Positions 55,077-64,000 are shown, counted from the first letter of the stretch. The stretch: DNA of 64,000 nucleotides from Candidatus Gottesmanbacteria bacterium (GCA_023245335.1 JAHFKK010000001.1:363282-427281), one strand, 5' to 3'. A program made the numbers and translations. Notes: generated from the letters alone by a model not told the origin.

Positions 55077-57389
55077 ATGTTAAATTTAAAAAAGTATCAA
55101 GCTAGAACATTACAAGAATTAGATGATTTTCTGGTTAATGCAAGTGCCTTAAAAGGTGGGCGCGGAATTAGAATAGCCTATCTAGATCAGGTAGGTGACG
55201 AAGAAAGGCATTACAAGCCAATAGAAAAGCTGGAGGAATCACCCTTTGTATGTATTAAAATTCCGACTGGCGGTGGAAAAACCTTAGTTGCCTGTCACGC
55301 ACTTCCAGTTATCCTCGATCGTTATTTAAAAGATAAAAATGGAAAAGGTCTTGTTATATGGTTTGTTCCTTCGGACGCTATCAGGTCCCAAACTCTAAAC
55401 AACCTTAAAGACAGAAACCATCCCTATCGTGAAGTATTAGATAGTAAGTTTGGAAATAACGTTAAAGTTTTAACGATTGAAGAAGCCTTATCTATATCAA
55501 AATCGGATATACAAAATAATCTATGTATCGTAGTTGCTAGTCTTTCAGCATTTAGACGAACAGATACATTGTGGTTAAAGGTTTTTCAGAATAACGGTTC
55601 TTTAATATCCCATTTTGAAAATCTTATTGAAGACAAAGACTTTTTTGAAAAAGACGAGGAAGGTGAAATCATTTATTCACTAGCAAATGTGATCAAAATG
55701 AACAATCCGCTTATAATAGTTGACGAAGGACATAATGCACAAACACTGTTATCATTTGAAATGCTTCAGAAGCTTAACCCCTCGTTTATTTTAGAATTTA
55801 CCGCTACACCAAGGGCAGAAAGCAATGTATTAGTTAAAGTTCTTGCTTCTGAATTAAAGGCAGAAAAGATGGTCAAGATTCCCATTTACTTAGATAACGT
55901 TACCCAATGGCAAGAAGCAATTCGTGATGGCGTTAAGCAACGTAATGATCTTGAAAAGCTAGCGGGAAAAGAAAAGCGATTAACAAAAGAATATATTCGT
56001 CCAGTCGCCCTACTTCAAGCAGAACAAGAAAAGGAAAACAACACAAAGATATATGTAGAAAAAATTAAACGGTTTTTACTGGAAGAACTTGAGATTCCAG
56101 AAGCACAAATTGCAATTAAGACCAGTAAGCAAGATCAGATTAAAGGAATTGACTTATTTAAATCGAACTGTCCGATACGCTACATAATTACCGTAAACGC
56201 CCTTAAAGAAGGCTGGGATTGTTCTTTTGCTTATGTTCTTATTTCTGTTGCTAATCTAGGCGCTACAATAGCCGTAGAACAGACAATGGGACGCATAATG
56301 CGTCTACCTAATGCCAAGGACAAAAAGTCGGTAGATCTTAACTATTCCTATATCTATACGTCTTCTGAAAGCTTTAACAGGGCTTCTAGCGCCATTATAA
56401 AGGGCTTAGAGCAAAACGGTTATTCAAGACAAGATCTTCGTAAAAATGAAGGAACGATCGTCCCAGAAAAAGAAGAATTCGATAAGTTTATCAAGGATAA
56501 AGATATTAAAGTTCCATTGTTGGGGATAAAAGGCAAAGGCGACGCTTTAGCTTTCAATAGAGATCTTATTGGTGAAGATTTCCGAATCTATGATCATTCC
56601 AAACCATTCGAAATCGATTTTCATAATGACCAGAATCAAAGAATTAAGATTGACATAGATAAAGAAAACGGCTTATATCGCATAACGCAGGGGAAACTTA
56701 GCCTAATCTTGTACCCGGAAGATTTTTCAATTGAAGAAGTAGGTAATTGGCTAAAACAGAATATCAGACATAATGTCGTTTCTTCCGACGAAATGTCTAA
56801 ATATATCGATTTGGTATTGGTTGAAGCTTCAAAGAAACATAAGATCGAAGAAATAAGCCTGAATAGGTTTCGACTTAAAGAATTGATCGGATTCGAAGTC
56901 TTAAAGATAATTACCGAATATGCCAAAAGTGTATTTGATAAGCTAATGTCTAAGAAGGCCCTTAACACCGATTCCGCTTACTTTACGCCGACAGAAAGTA
57001 TCTTTCTTTTAAGATTATCCGAAGAACACTTTCAGAAACACTTATTTGAACGGTCAGGTCATTTAAACGGCGAAGAAACAGATTTTGCTATGCGTTTAGA
57101 CACGCTAGATAATCTTATGTGGTGGTATAGGAATCGCGAAAAAGAAGACTTCTACCTTCAAGGGTGGAAACAGGGGAAGTTCTACCCCGATTTTATAGCC
57201 AAAACCAAAAGCGGAAAGTATTTACTAATTGAATATAAAGGTGAAGATAGACTTAGTAATGAAGATACTGGCTACAAGAAAGATCTGGGAAATTTATGGT
57301 CAAAGATTTCCGGAGGTAAACATAAGTTTTATTTAGTAAACAAAAGTAATTCAGACGAAATTCTTAAAGAAATCTCAAGAATTGCGTAG
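55077..57389 (+). CDS. res: Type III restriction endonuclease Res subunit (SF2 helicase plus C-terminal PD-(D/E)xK nuclease)
   Basis: Walker A IPTGGGKT, Walker B IIVDEGHNA, helicase motif VI-like QTMGRIMR, and a C-terminal YPDFIAKTKSGKYLLIEYKG (PD...ExK). Confidence 0.8.
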   Translation: MLNLKKYQARTLQELDDFLVNASALKGGRGIRIAYLDQVGDEERHYKPIEKLEESPFVCIKIPTGGGKTLVACHALPVILDRYLKDKNGKGLVIWFVPSDAIRSQTLNNLKDRNHPYREVLDSKFGNNVKVLTIEEALSISKSDIQNNLCIVVASLSAFRRTDTLWLKVFQNNGSLISHFENLIEDKDFFEKDEEGEIIYSLANVIKMNNPLIIVDEGHNAQTLLSFEMLQKLNPSFILEFTATPRAESNVLVKVLASELKAEKMVKIPIYLDNVTQWQEAIRDGVKQRNDLEKLAGKEKRLTKEYIRPVALLQAEQEKENNTKIYVEKIKRFLLEELEIPEAQIAIKTSKQDQIKGIDLFKSNCPIRYIITVNALKEGWDCSFAYVLISVANLGATIAVEQTMGRIMRLPNAKDKKSVDLNYSYIYTSSESFNRASSAIIKGLEQNGYSRQDLRKNEGTIVPEKEEFDKFIKDKDIKVPLLGIKGKGDALAFNRDLIGEDFRIYDHSKPFEIDFHNDQNQRIKIDIDKENGLYRITQGKLSLILYPEDFSIEEVGNWLKQNIRHNVVSSDEMSKYIDLVLVEASKKHKIEEISLNRFRLKELIGFEVLKIITEYAKSVFDKLMSKKALNTDSAYFTPTESIFLLRLSEEHFQKHLFERSGHLNGEETDFAMRLDTLDNLMWWYRNREKEDFYLQGWKQGKFYPDFIAKTKSGKYLLIEYKGEDRLSNEDTGYKKDLGNLWSKISGGKHKFYLVNKSNSDEILKEISRIA

Positions 57390-57391
57390 GT

Positions 57392-57847
57392 ATGAAAACC
57401 CCTTCATTTTTTCTTCCTGACCAAGACGGCAAGACACATTCTATGTCTGACTACCGAGGTAAATGGGTAGTGGTGTACTTCTACCCCAAAGACGATACGC
57501 CGGGGTGCACGAAGGAAGCATGCGGGTTCCGGGATTTCGGCGCTGACTTTGCCAAACGGGGAGTCGTGATACTTGGGATATCCAAAGACAGTGTGGAGTC
57601 CCACAAAAAGTTTGCGGACAAATACAAGCTCACTTTCCCGCTCCTTGCCGACGTCGACCACAAAGTGGCCGAAAGCTTTGGCGCGTGGGGAGTGAAGAAG
57701 TTTATGGGTCGAGAATTTACCGGAGTACTACGTAACACTTATATCATTAATCCCACGGGTGAAATCGTGAAGATGTATGAAGGCGTGAATCCCCTAGTGC
57801 ACGCGAAAGAAGTACTCGCGGACCTGCCGGGATTAATGAGCGTGTGA
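57392..57847 (+). CDS. bcp: Thiol peroxidase Bcp (peroxiredoxin)
   Basis: YFYPKDDTPGCTKEACGFRD carries the peroxidatic and resolving Cys motif. 151 aa. Confidence 0.85.
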   Translation: MKTPSFFLPDQDGKTHSMSDYRGKWVVVYFYPKDDTPGCTKEACGFRDFGADFAKRGVVILGISKDSVESHKKFADKYKLTFPLLADVDHKVAESFGAWGVKKFMGREFTGVLRNTYIINPTGEIVKMYEGVNPLVHAKEVLADLPGLMSV

Positions 57848-57911
57848 TGGTTGCCTCTCTACTTACCGAATTCTATATTCGGCGATCGGGTGGTATGATT
57901 ATGGTACGATT

Positions 57912-58154
57912 TTGTCTATGAAACTATTCCGTTACCGTAAGCCGTCTATGAACACGATCCTTGGAATTACCCGAGTGAAGCGATCCATACGGAAAGCAAC
58001 GGGAGTGAGTACCATCGAGCGATATACGAAGCCCAGCAGGATCAAACAATCCATCAAACAAAAGGTGGGTCTCTATAGTCCGACCATGACGGTTGTCCGC
58101 CAGACGTCCAAAGGGAAGCTGCCGTCGTTTTTTGGATTGTTTGGGAAAAAGTGA
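57912..58154 (+). CDS. Small basic hypothetical protein
   Basis: 80 aa, Lys/Arg-rich. Confidence 0.3.
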   Translation: MSMKLFRYRKPSMNTILGITRVKRSIRKATGVSTIERYTKPSRIKQSIKQKVGLYSPTMTVVRQTSKGKLPSFFGLFGKK

Positions 58155-58182
58155 TATAAACGTCTGGAAGATTCTTTAGCAT

Positions 58183-58557
58183 ATGGAAGCCACGTTAAAC
58201 CAGGAAACGAATAAGCCCAATCCTATTTCCCTCAAAGAATGGTTCCTCATGGATACCGACGAGCAGAAGGATTTTTTTGGTAATCTGTCTTTTCGGGAGA
58301 AGAATGATTTTATGATCGCCCAGAGTAATTATTACCAGGAACTGCCGAAGGCAGAAAAGCAGGCACTCATCCAGGCGAGGATAGATAAGCTGAGCGGGAA
58401 AAAAGACCAAACGCTTAAAGATAAAGCGGAATTAGGTGCCATGAAATCGGCACTCGGTCACGCGGAATCTCCGAAGCCTCCCAAGCCCGGCGGGGAAAAG
58501 GGAATCGTCGCGAAAATCAGAACAGTTTCCAGTCCCTACCTCATACGATCCGTCTGA
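58183..58557 (+). CDS. Hypothetical protein
   Basis: 124 aa, charged and helical. No family recognised. Confidence 0.35.
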   Translation: MEATLNQETNKPNPISLKEWFLMDTDEQKDFFGNLSFREKNDFMIAQSNYYQELPKAEKQALIQARIDKLSGKKDQTLKDKAELGAMKSALGHAESPKPPKPGGEKGIVAKIRTVSSPYLIRSV

Positions 58558-58564
58558 CGGAGGA

Positions 58565-58873
58565 TTACTTCTGTTCCGGAGAAATCTGACTTCCGACTTT
58601 TATATCGTGTGCGTGTACCGTGCCCGCCGGTACTTCGATGACGGTATAGTATCGTGGGTTCCAGAGGAAGAATCGATTGGGCGGCAGGCTTTTTTTCATA
58701 CAGACAACGCGGTTGTGGGTGTCTAAAATCAGGACATCAATCGGGTGTCTCACCCCGAACGTGTGGATGCCCCATCGTGTCGTAAACATGACGGGAGATA
58801 TGGACTCCGCGCCGATGAGGCCCACAGATTTTTCCCGGAAGGTCCGTAACGTTTTTACTTTGAGTCGTATCAT
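58565..58873 (-). CDS. DUF192-family protein
   Basis: The DUF192 pattern (MIRLKVK...FTTRWGIHTFGVRHPIDVLILDTHNRVV...VIEVPAG...IKVG) matches the COG1430 family. Confidence 0.55.
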   Translation of the reverse strand: MIRLKVKTLRTFREKSVGLIGAESISPVMFTTRWGIHTFGVRHPIDVLILDTHNRVVCMKKSLPPNRFFLWNPRYYTVIEVPAGTVHAHDIKVGSQISPEQK

Positions 58874-59745
58874 TTTGTTTTTGTGTGCGGCTTCCTGTGC
58901 TCGGCAACCGCTGGGATGATCGAGGAGAGAAATATGCACGCGCCGCCCAGGATGACGGTCACGGGCGCGATCTCACGGAAGATAAAAAACGCGAGAATCA
59001 TGCCGACCACCGTATCGTTTAGGAGTATGACGCTGCCGACCTGTGCGTCCACGACCATAAATCCGCGGGCGACCAGTTGCCCGGTGAAGACCTGGGTGAG
59101 CCCGAGAAATCCTATGGCTCCAAGCTGTGCGTTTACCTGGACGACAGACCATGATTCACGCACGATAAGAGAGAGAAGTAATGCGCCGACCAGTGTCAGT
59201 CCCTGGTCCGTGACGACCAGCTGCGGCAACGAATAGGATTTGGAAATCGGGCGGGAAAATACGCTCCACAAAGACGCCCCGATGCCACCGATGAGCGCGA
59301 CGATAACATACCAATTAAAGGTAAGTGCGGATTGAGCGAAGTTAATTAGGTACAGCCCGACAGCAGTAAGCGCGAGTGAGCCCATTTTCACCACCGTGAT
59401 TTTTTCCTTGTACAACACGATGCCAAAAAGTCCGCTGAACAAAATATCCGCCGCATAAAACGTGAACAGTGCCGCTCCCACGGACATGTGATTGACTGCG
59501 GCGTATGATCCGGCGGTTGCCATGATGCTGCCGACCGCGCGCAAGACAAACCACTTCCAGTGGGCGCGAGCGATGGGTTTCCACCGCACAAACCAGAAAA
59601 GGAACAGGATGGTGACGATGCTGCGCACTCCCGTACTCAGGAACGGCCCGTACGAAATGCCGGCGATGCGGGAGGCGATGTTCTGCGATCCATACAGGCT
59701 CGCCGCGCCAAAAAGTGACAGAATTCCCCATGATGTCGGAGACAT
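58870..59745 (-). CDS. EamA/DMT-like transporter
   Basis: 10 predicted TM helices. Start set at the internal Met MSPTSWGIL. Confidence 0.6.
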   Translation of the reverse strand: MSPTSWGILSLFGAASLYGSQNIASRIAGISYGPFLSTGVRSIVTILFLFWFVRWKPIARAHWKWFVLRAVGSIMATAGSYAAVNHMSVGAALFTFYAADILFSGLFGIVLYKEKITVVKMGSLALTAVGLYLINFAQSALTFNWYVIVALIGGIGASLWSVFSRPISKSYSLPQLVVTDQGLTLVGALLLSLIVRESWSVVQVNAQLGAIGFLGLTQVFTGQLVARGFMVVDAQVGSVILLNDTVVGMILAFFIFREIAPVTVILGGACIFLSSIIPAVAEHRKPHTKTK

Positions 59746-59751
59746 ACGAGG

Positions 59752-60192
59752 ATGAGTATAACAAATATCCTTCACAAGAGCGGTGCGGTGTCGTATACTC
59801 CGTGGCAGCATATGCTGAAAGGATTTTCAAAAAAAGAACAGGAGTCTTTGGGACAAGTCCTGCGGATGATCGCGGAGAATCGGACTCCTGTGACGACCAT
59901 GGTTAAGCTGGATACGAGAAGAACGACCTACATAACGACCAGATTAGGTCCCGATCTTTTTTCTATCCAGAAAGTAAGCGGGAGAAGGATTGTGCTGATA
60001 CCGATCGGCAGTCATACGGAAATATCTACGCGAGACGATCGTTTCGTCGTAGATGATATGCGTCCGCGGGACGGGCACACTGCCGGAGTACTTATCAGAA
60101 GTGAACACGGCCGCCATATGATAGAGCCGCAAAACAAGTTGCGGGAGATTCCCCTGTTGGGAACCGTTGTGTATCGTAAGTCAGACTGGTGA
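59752..60192 (+). CDS. Hypothetical protein
   Basis: 146 aa ORF. No family recognised. Confidence 0.3.
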   Translation: MSITNILHKSGAVSYTPWQHMLKGFSKKEQESLGQVLRMIAENRTPVTTMVKLDTRRTTYITTRLGPDLFSIQKVSGRRIVLIPIGSHTEISTRDDRFVVDDMRPRDGHTAGVLIRSEHGRHMIEPQNKLREIPLLGTVVYRKSDW

Positions 60193-60400
60193 GAAGCGAG
60201 CGCCCTCAGCTTGTTTTCAGGTTGATCCGTTACTATTCCCATACTTGAGCATCCGCCTGGCCAGCTTCCCCGCCTGATCCAAGGAAACGGGACCGGAGAG
60301 GACGACGACTGAAGGCGGAGCCAAGGAACTTTATTAAAAAAAAGATTATAAGACCCTCTTTCGCACAAGGCTTCGGGGGGGCACGGAAGGACACAATATT

Positions 60401-60814
60401 ATGAAAGATACGTCACATGTGGCACTGGTTATTGCAGTCGCACTCATCGTAGGAGCGGCGGGATTTTTCGTCGGTGTGCATGTAGCTAACCGCAGACTTA
60501 CCGGAGCATGGGGGAATGAAAGACCCATGATGGGACAGCGGATGGGTATGATGCGCGGACGCGGATCCGGGGGATACGGAACGAGATCCGGCGGCATGAT
60601 GGGGGCAGGCGGTCAGATAACCGCGATAAGCGGCAATACCGTCACACTCAAGGCGACAAACGGTACCACTAGTACTGTGATACTTTCTGATGGTGCGGTC
60701 GTCGATACGATGACTAAAGGTACGGCCAAAGATCTCAAAGTCGGTCAGAACATACTGGTTACCGGCGGAGGATTCTGGAACGGTGCTGAGACGGTCATAG
60801 TACGGCCACAATAA
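60401..60814 (+). CDS. Secreted DUF5666-like protein with Gly/Met-rich low-complexity region
   Basis: Signal/TM, then a GMMRGRGSGGYG region, then ITAISGNTVTLKATNGTTSTVILSDGAVV...GQNILVTG, which is typical of DUF5666. Confidence 0.5.
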   Translation: MKDTSHVALVIAVALIVGAAGFFVGVHVANRRLTGAWGNERPMMGQRMGMMRGRGSGGYGTRSGGMMGAGGQITAISGNTVTLKATNGTTSTVILSDGAVVDTMTKGTAKDLKVGQNILVTGGGFWNGAETVIVRPQ

Positions 60815-61135
60815 AGGTCAGAGATATTTTTTAGACGCTTCTCGTGTCACCAAGCCAGTGAGCATTTCTCGATTCGGGCGGCGACGGATACGGTTTAACC
60901 CAGCCGAAGAAGTCAGTAGAAGGTGTTTTCGGATCTGTGGATGCATGGTGATAGAGTTGGAGATGTAAAAACAGTTGCTGCGTCGCTATCGCTTCCGATG
61001 TGAAGCGCTCGTGGTAACGGCACCCATTCGCTCCGCAAATAGCCTCATGAAGTTCTTGTTTCATAGCCAGCCGTTATTATACAACGCTGCGCAATAGTAT
61101 GGATTAAACACGCATTCGGGGAGAAAGGAGGTCCG

Positions 61136-61687
61136 CTAACGGGCGTCTTCTGCGTCCGGTGGTTCAGGAGGGAGGAATTCCTCACCGTTGGGTCCGCCCG
61201 GCTTCACATATTCTCCGGGTTTAAGCCATTGCACGTAGGTGCAGCCGGTCGCCTGTTTTTTCTCCCGGTCCCAGCCGCTTGTCGAGCATTTCTTCATCTT
61301 TTTGCCTGATGATGTCGTATAGAGGACGAGCTTACTGCCGCAGTCCGGACAGATTTCGTCGAGCGGTTCGGTCGTGCCGTTTATCCACTCAACATAATCG
61401 CAGCCCTCCGCCTTTTTGGTTTCCTTGTTCCAGATATTCGTCGAGCATTTCTTCATTTTTTTGCCGAAGCGCGTTACGACGAGGACGAGTGGAGAGCCGC
61501 ATTTGGGACACTTCTCATCGAGGGCCTGGGGTTCCGGTGTAAACCACTTTACGTAATCACAGCCTTCATTTTTTTTGGTTTCCGGATTCCATCGACCGGT
61601 ACTACACCGCTGTAGTTGTTTGCCGGATTTCGTCGTCTGGATCTCGCCGAGCGGGTTACCGCATTTGGGACACATATCTGTAGCCAT
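61136..61687 (-). CDS. Protein made of three tandem topoisomerase-type C4 zinc-ribbon modules
   Basis: Three repeats of about 56 aa, each CP(K/D)CG..L.....GKKMKKCST..W..E.K...GC.YV.W. The repeats are also visible at DNA level with a period of about 168 nt, for example 61272..61301 against 61439..61469. Confidence 0.7.
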   Translation of the reverse strand: MATDMCPKCGNPLGEIQTTKSGKQLQRCSTGRWNPETKKNEGCDYVKWFTPEPQALDEKCPKCGSPLVLVVTRFGKKMKKCSTNIWNKETKKAEGCDYVEWINGTTEPLDEICPDCGSKLVLYTTSSGKKMKKCSTSGWDREKKQATGCTYVQWLKPGEYVKPGGPNGEEFLPPEPPDAEDAR

Positions 61688-62048
61688 AGGAAAAACTATA
61701 CCAGACTACACATCGTTTGCATACAGAGGAATTATGATATGTCGGTATGAGGAGTGATTATTTATTCACAATCATTCGATAGAAGATGTATACTCTCCGA
61801 AACGATGGATAACGTCACGCTTGGTAAAATATTTAAAGAGCGGGGGTGGGCCCCCACCCCGGAGGAAGTTCGGCCGGTCAATACAGATCGCCCAGTACGA
61901 CGACGCGGATTCCATCTCGTTTTTATATCTACGGAGGAATTAGTGCGTATATTCATGAAACAGGATTTCCAGTACGGCGGGCCGAATTATCGACGTATAA
62001 GGCACGGGAAACACAGTCCCCGGCGGGGATAAGATCACCCGCGAGAAA

Positions 62049-62414
62049 CTACGCACCTGCTTTGCGTATTTGTTCCTCAGTCATGCCGAAGTGGTGTCCT
62101 ATTTCATGGAGCACGGTTTTTTTCACCTGTTCTTTTATGACTTCCGGATTGTCGCCGAATATGGCAAGCATGGGACCCGCGAAAATGATGATTTTGTCCG
62201 GTACGGCAGCAGTATAGTTGCCGCGTTTGGTTTGCGGGATGCCGCGATAGAGGCCAAAGAGCGTAGACCCGGGCCCGGCGCCGCCGGCTGACAGTTCTTC
62301 CGGAGTCGGCCAGATTTCTGCAAGTACTTCCACGTTATCCAGGCTTTTGGCAAACTGCGCGGGTAACCCATCCAGGGCCGTAGCGATAAGTTCTTCAAAT
62401 TCCGTGAGTGTCAT
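62049..62414 (-). CDS. Zincin-like minimal metallopeptidase (HEIGHHFG)
   Basis: VLHEIGHHFGMTEEQIRKAG carries the HExxH zinc-binding motif. About 120 aa, COG3824-like. Confidence 0.7.
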   Translation of the reverse strand: MTLTEFEELIATALDGLPAQFAKSLDNVEVLAEIWPTPEELSAGGAGPGSTLFGLYRGIPQTKRGNYTAAVPDKIIIFAGPMLAIFGDNPEVIKEQVKKTVLHEIGHHFGMTEEQIRKAGA

Positions 62415-62480
62415 GGATGTATTGTAATGCGCTCAAAAGAATTTTTCACTGCAGTGCGCAGGGTAGTTGATCTGACTCTT

Positions 62481-62584
62481 TTTGATTTTCTTATAGGGTT
62501 GTGTATAGTGGATATAGTATGTTCGATTTCGAACAGAATAATCGTGAGATATAAATCGTTAGCCGCCGTATTTGGCGGTTTTTT
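62481..62584 (+). ncRNA. Candidate small RNA or leader: promoter TTGATT-16-TATAGT, about 70 nt transcript, intrinsic terminator
   Basis: TTGATT at 62481..62486 and TATAGT at 62503..62508. Internal hairpin CGATTT...AAATCG. Terminator stem GCCGCC at 62562..62567 pairs with GGCGGT at 62574..62579, followed by TTTTTT at 62579..62584. The RBS and ATG of the next gene follow at 62621. Confidence 0.3.
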
Positions 62585-62620
62585 GTGGAAAATACTTTTT
62601 TGAGAGGAGGTGAAAACATA

Positions 62621-63328
62621 ATGAAAAAAATATTTTTAGGAATTTCTTTGGCGGCACTTGTTATTTTTTCGTTTGCTCTCGCGACGTCGCGGACATTTGC
62701 GGACGACAAACCGAAACATGATCGTGATGACAGTCATCGTAATGGCGGCGTCTTTAACCCGGATAAGGAATTATCCCGGAAGGCGTGCGGAGACAAATTA
62801 GGCAATCCGCTTGTAGACGTGACGCAAAAAGTGCAGGACGATACGGATTCCGGAGTCGGCAGCAACGTGTACTTTCCGAGTGCCGGAAATTACTGGAATG
62901 TCGAAGGCTACACACGTCATATCAAGGCGTGGCAGACTGCTTCGGCATCCGCCGACGTCCCAGCGACGTTTTGTGCGATCGTGACCTATGAAAACGGTCA
63001 TTTCGATACGTTTTATAAACAGACCGGTCCCGCCGGTACCGGATTCATCGGTGCAGACGTGAACGGTGAGATGAGCGGCGGATATCGTGCGACATTTACC
63101 GGTACATTTGCTCCGACCGGAGCTTGGGTGACCAACGGTAATGTCGGTACGTTTGATTACAACTGTGATTTAGCGGGCAATTGCGGACCCGGTCGTGTTG
63201 ACTGGATCGCGCAGTACTTCCCAGGCTATGGCGGGTTTGATCAGCCGTGGTGGGGATGGAAATATCAGGCTGGAAGTCACGGGACGTGGATTAACGCGAG
63301 TACCGGAAGTTCAGGTAATATCCTGTAA
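62621..63328 (+). CDS. Hypothetical secreted protein (Gly/Thr/Trp-rich)
   Basis: RBS GAGAGGAGG 8 nt upstream of the ATG. Signal peptide MKKIFLGISLAALVIFSFALA. Confidence 0.5.
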   Translation: MKKIFLGISLAALVIFSFALATSRTFADDKPKHDRDDSHRNGGVFNPDKELSRKACGDKLGNPLVDVTQKVQDDTDSGVGSNVYFPSAGNYWNVEGYTRHIKAWQTASASADVPATFCAIVTYENGHFDTFYKQTGPAGTGFIGADVNGEMSGGYRATFTGTFAPTGAWVTNGNVGTFDYNCDLAGNCGPGRVDWIAQYFPGYGGFDQPWWGWKYQAGSHGTWINASTGSSGNIL

Positions 63329-63352
63329 CGCGTTTTGTTTGTATTGTTTTTT

Positions 63353-63382
63353 CTGACAGCCCATCGCATTCGCGGTGGGCTG
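63353..63382 (+). terminator. Hairpin GACAGCCCA-N12-TGGGCTGTC downstream of the secreted-protein gene
   Basis: Perfect 9 bp inverted repeat at 63353..63361 and 63374..63382, followed by TATTT. Confidence 0.45.
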
Positions 63383-63404
63383 TCTATTTGGTATACTCGC
63401 AGCA

Positions 63405-63965
63405 ATGACTAAAACTCAGAAACTTCAACAAATTGCGGATGAGATCGCGCGGTGCCGTACATGCAAGGCACAGAAAAGCGGCAAGCCGGTGCCGGGAGAG
63501 GGCAATCCGGATGCGGATATCGTGTTTCTCGGGGAAGCGCCGGGCAGAAATGAAGCACTGTCCGGGAGGCCGTTTATCGGCAGGTCGGGAAAGTTACTCC
63601 GTCGGATGATCACCGATGCGGGACTTAGAGAAGCCGAAGTTTTTATCACCAGTCCGGTCAAATACTTGCCCGATCGCGGGACGCCGACAAAGAAAGATAT
63701 CAAGCACGGGAGAGCTCACCTAACCAAACAACTCGCCGTCATCGAACCCAAGATCATCGTCCTTCTCGGTGCGACCGCCGTCTATGCGATGCTCGAAGAG
63801 GTCATACCGATTATGAAAAAGCACGGTACGATCGTAGAAAAAGACGGGAGACGATACCTCATCACTTTGCACCCCGCCGCCATTCTCCGGTTTCCCAAAT
63901 ATGCGCCGCTTATGCGGGCGGATTTTACCCTTCTCAAGCGGTTAGTATTCAAGAAAGGTTTGTAA
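63405..63965 (+). CDS. udg: Uracil-DNA glycosylase, family 4
   Basis: CRTCKAQ...PVPGEGNPDADIVFLGEAPGRNEALSGRPFIGRSGKLL matches the family-4 UDG motif region (GEGP...GEAPG...G.PF.G.AG). Confidence 0.8.
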   Translation: MTKTQKLQQIADEIARCRTCKAQKSGKPVPGEGNPDADIVFLGEAPGRNEALSGRPFIGRSGKLLRRMITDAGLREAEVFITSPVKYLPDRGTPTKKDIKHGRAHLTKQLAVIEPKIIVLLGATAVYAMLEEVIPIMKKHGTIVEKDGRRYLITLHPAAILRFPKYAPLMRADFTLLKRLVFKKGL

Positions 63966-64000
63966 ACTCTCATACATATATTTTTAACAATATATGTTAC

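Noticed and set aside
57866-57882. Hairpin CCGAAT-TCTAT-ATTCGG after bcp as a terminator
   Set aside because: The 6 bp stem is not followed by a U-tract, which is too weak to call. It may still be a weak or factor-dependent terminator.
60831-61064. 77 aa minus-strand ORF in the 320 nt gap before the zinc-ribbon gene
   Set aside because: No RBS or family support. It could be real but the evidence is insufficient, so it is left unannotated.
61754-62032. 92 aa + strand ORF and 64 aa minus-strand ORF spanning the GC-rich palindromes
   Set aside because: The ORFs run through perfect palindromic hairpins that look like terminators, and have no RBS. They are more likely non-coding.
1-64000. Search for CRISPR arrays, rRNA and tRNA genes
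   Set aside because: No regularly spaced direct repeats were seen. No intergenic region showed tRNA-like acceptor and T-arm complementarity (for example 26348..26637 was tested and failed). Nothing in the window is rRNA-sized and non-coding.

Overview
This 64 kb window has about 50% GC overall and two clearly AT-rich islands. Most of the core genes are on the + strand and follow a conserved order: rpsT (S20), murJ, hrcA-grpE-dnaK-[two foreign ORFs]-dnaJ, nusA-infB-DHH/NrnA-like, rpsO-pnp, a Lon-like AAA+ module, rnj, ftsK, rodZ-like, DUF948/YtxH pair, a class I aminotransferase, alaS, sortase, a DeoA-like nucleoside phosphorylase, mltG, bcp and a family-4 uracil-DNA glycosylase. The gene content points, by inference only, to a small-genome monoderm bacterium of the Patescibacteria/CPR type. 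Supporting features are an AlaRS that lacks the C-terminal domain, a short IF2, a DnaJ without cysteines, Lon reduced to its ATPase module, low-complexity tails on NusA, S15, PNPase and the DHH protein, PilN/PilO, a sortase, and many secreted or membrane-anchored proteins. The accessory content includes six or seven EamA/DMT transporters, several surface proteins (FN3/Ig, cohesin-like, PKD, DUF2207, DUF5666-like), a glycoside hydrolase, a Doc/HTH toxin-antitoxin with a palindromic operator, a NERD plus Type III restriction-modification island, a cluster of small ORFs, and a tandem triple zinc-ribbon protein. I found no rRNA, tRNA or CRISPR array. The most unusual item is a 1.27 kb AT-rich two-gene cassette inserted exactly between dnaK and dnaJ, inside the CIRCE/HrcA-controlled heat-shock operon. 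There are also several candidate structured non-coding elements, including a roughly 215 nt element closed by a 27 bp stem upstream of the sortase gene.
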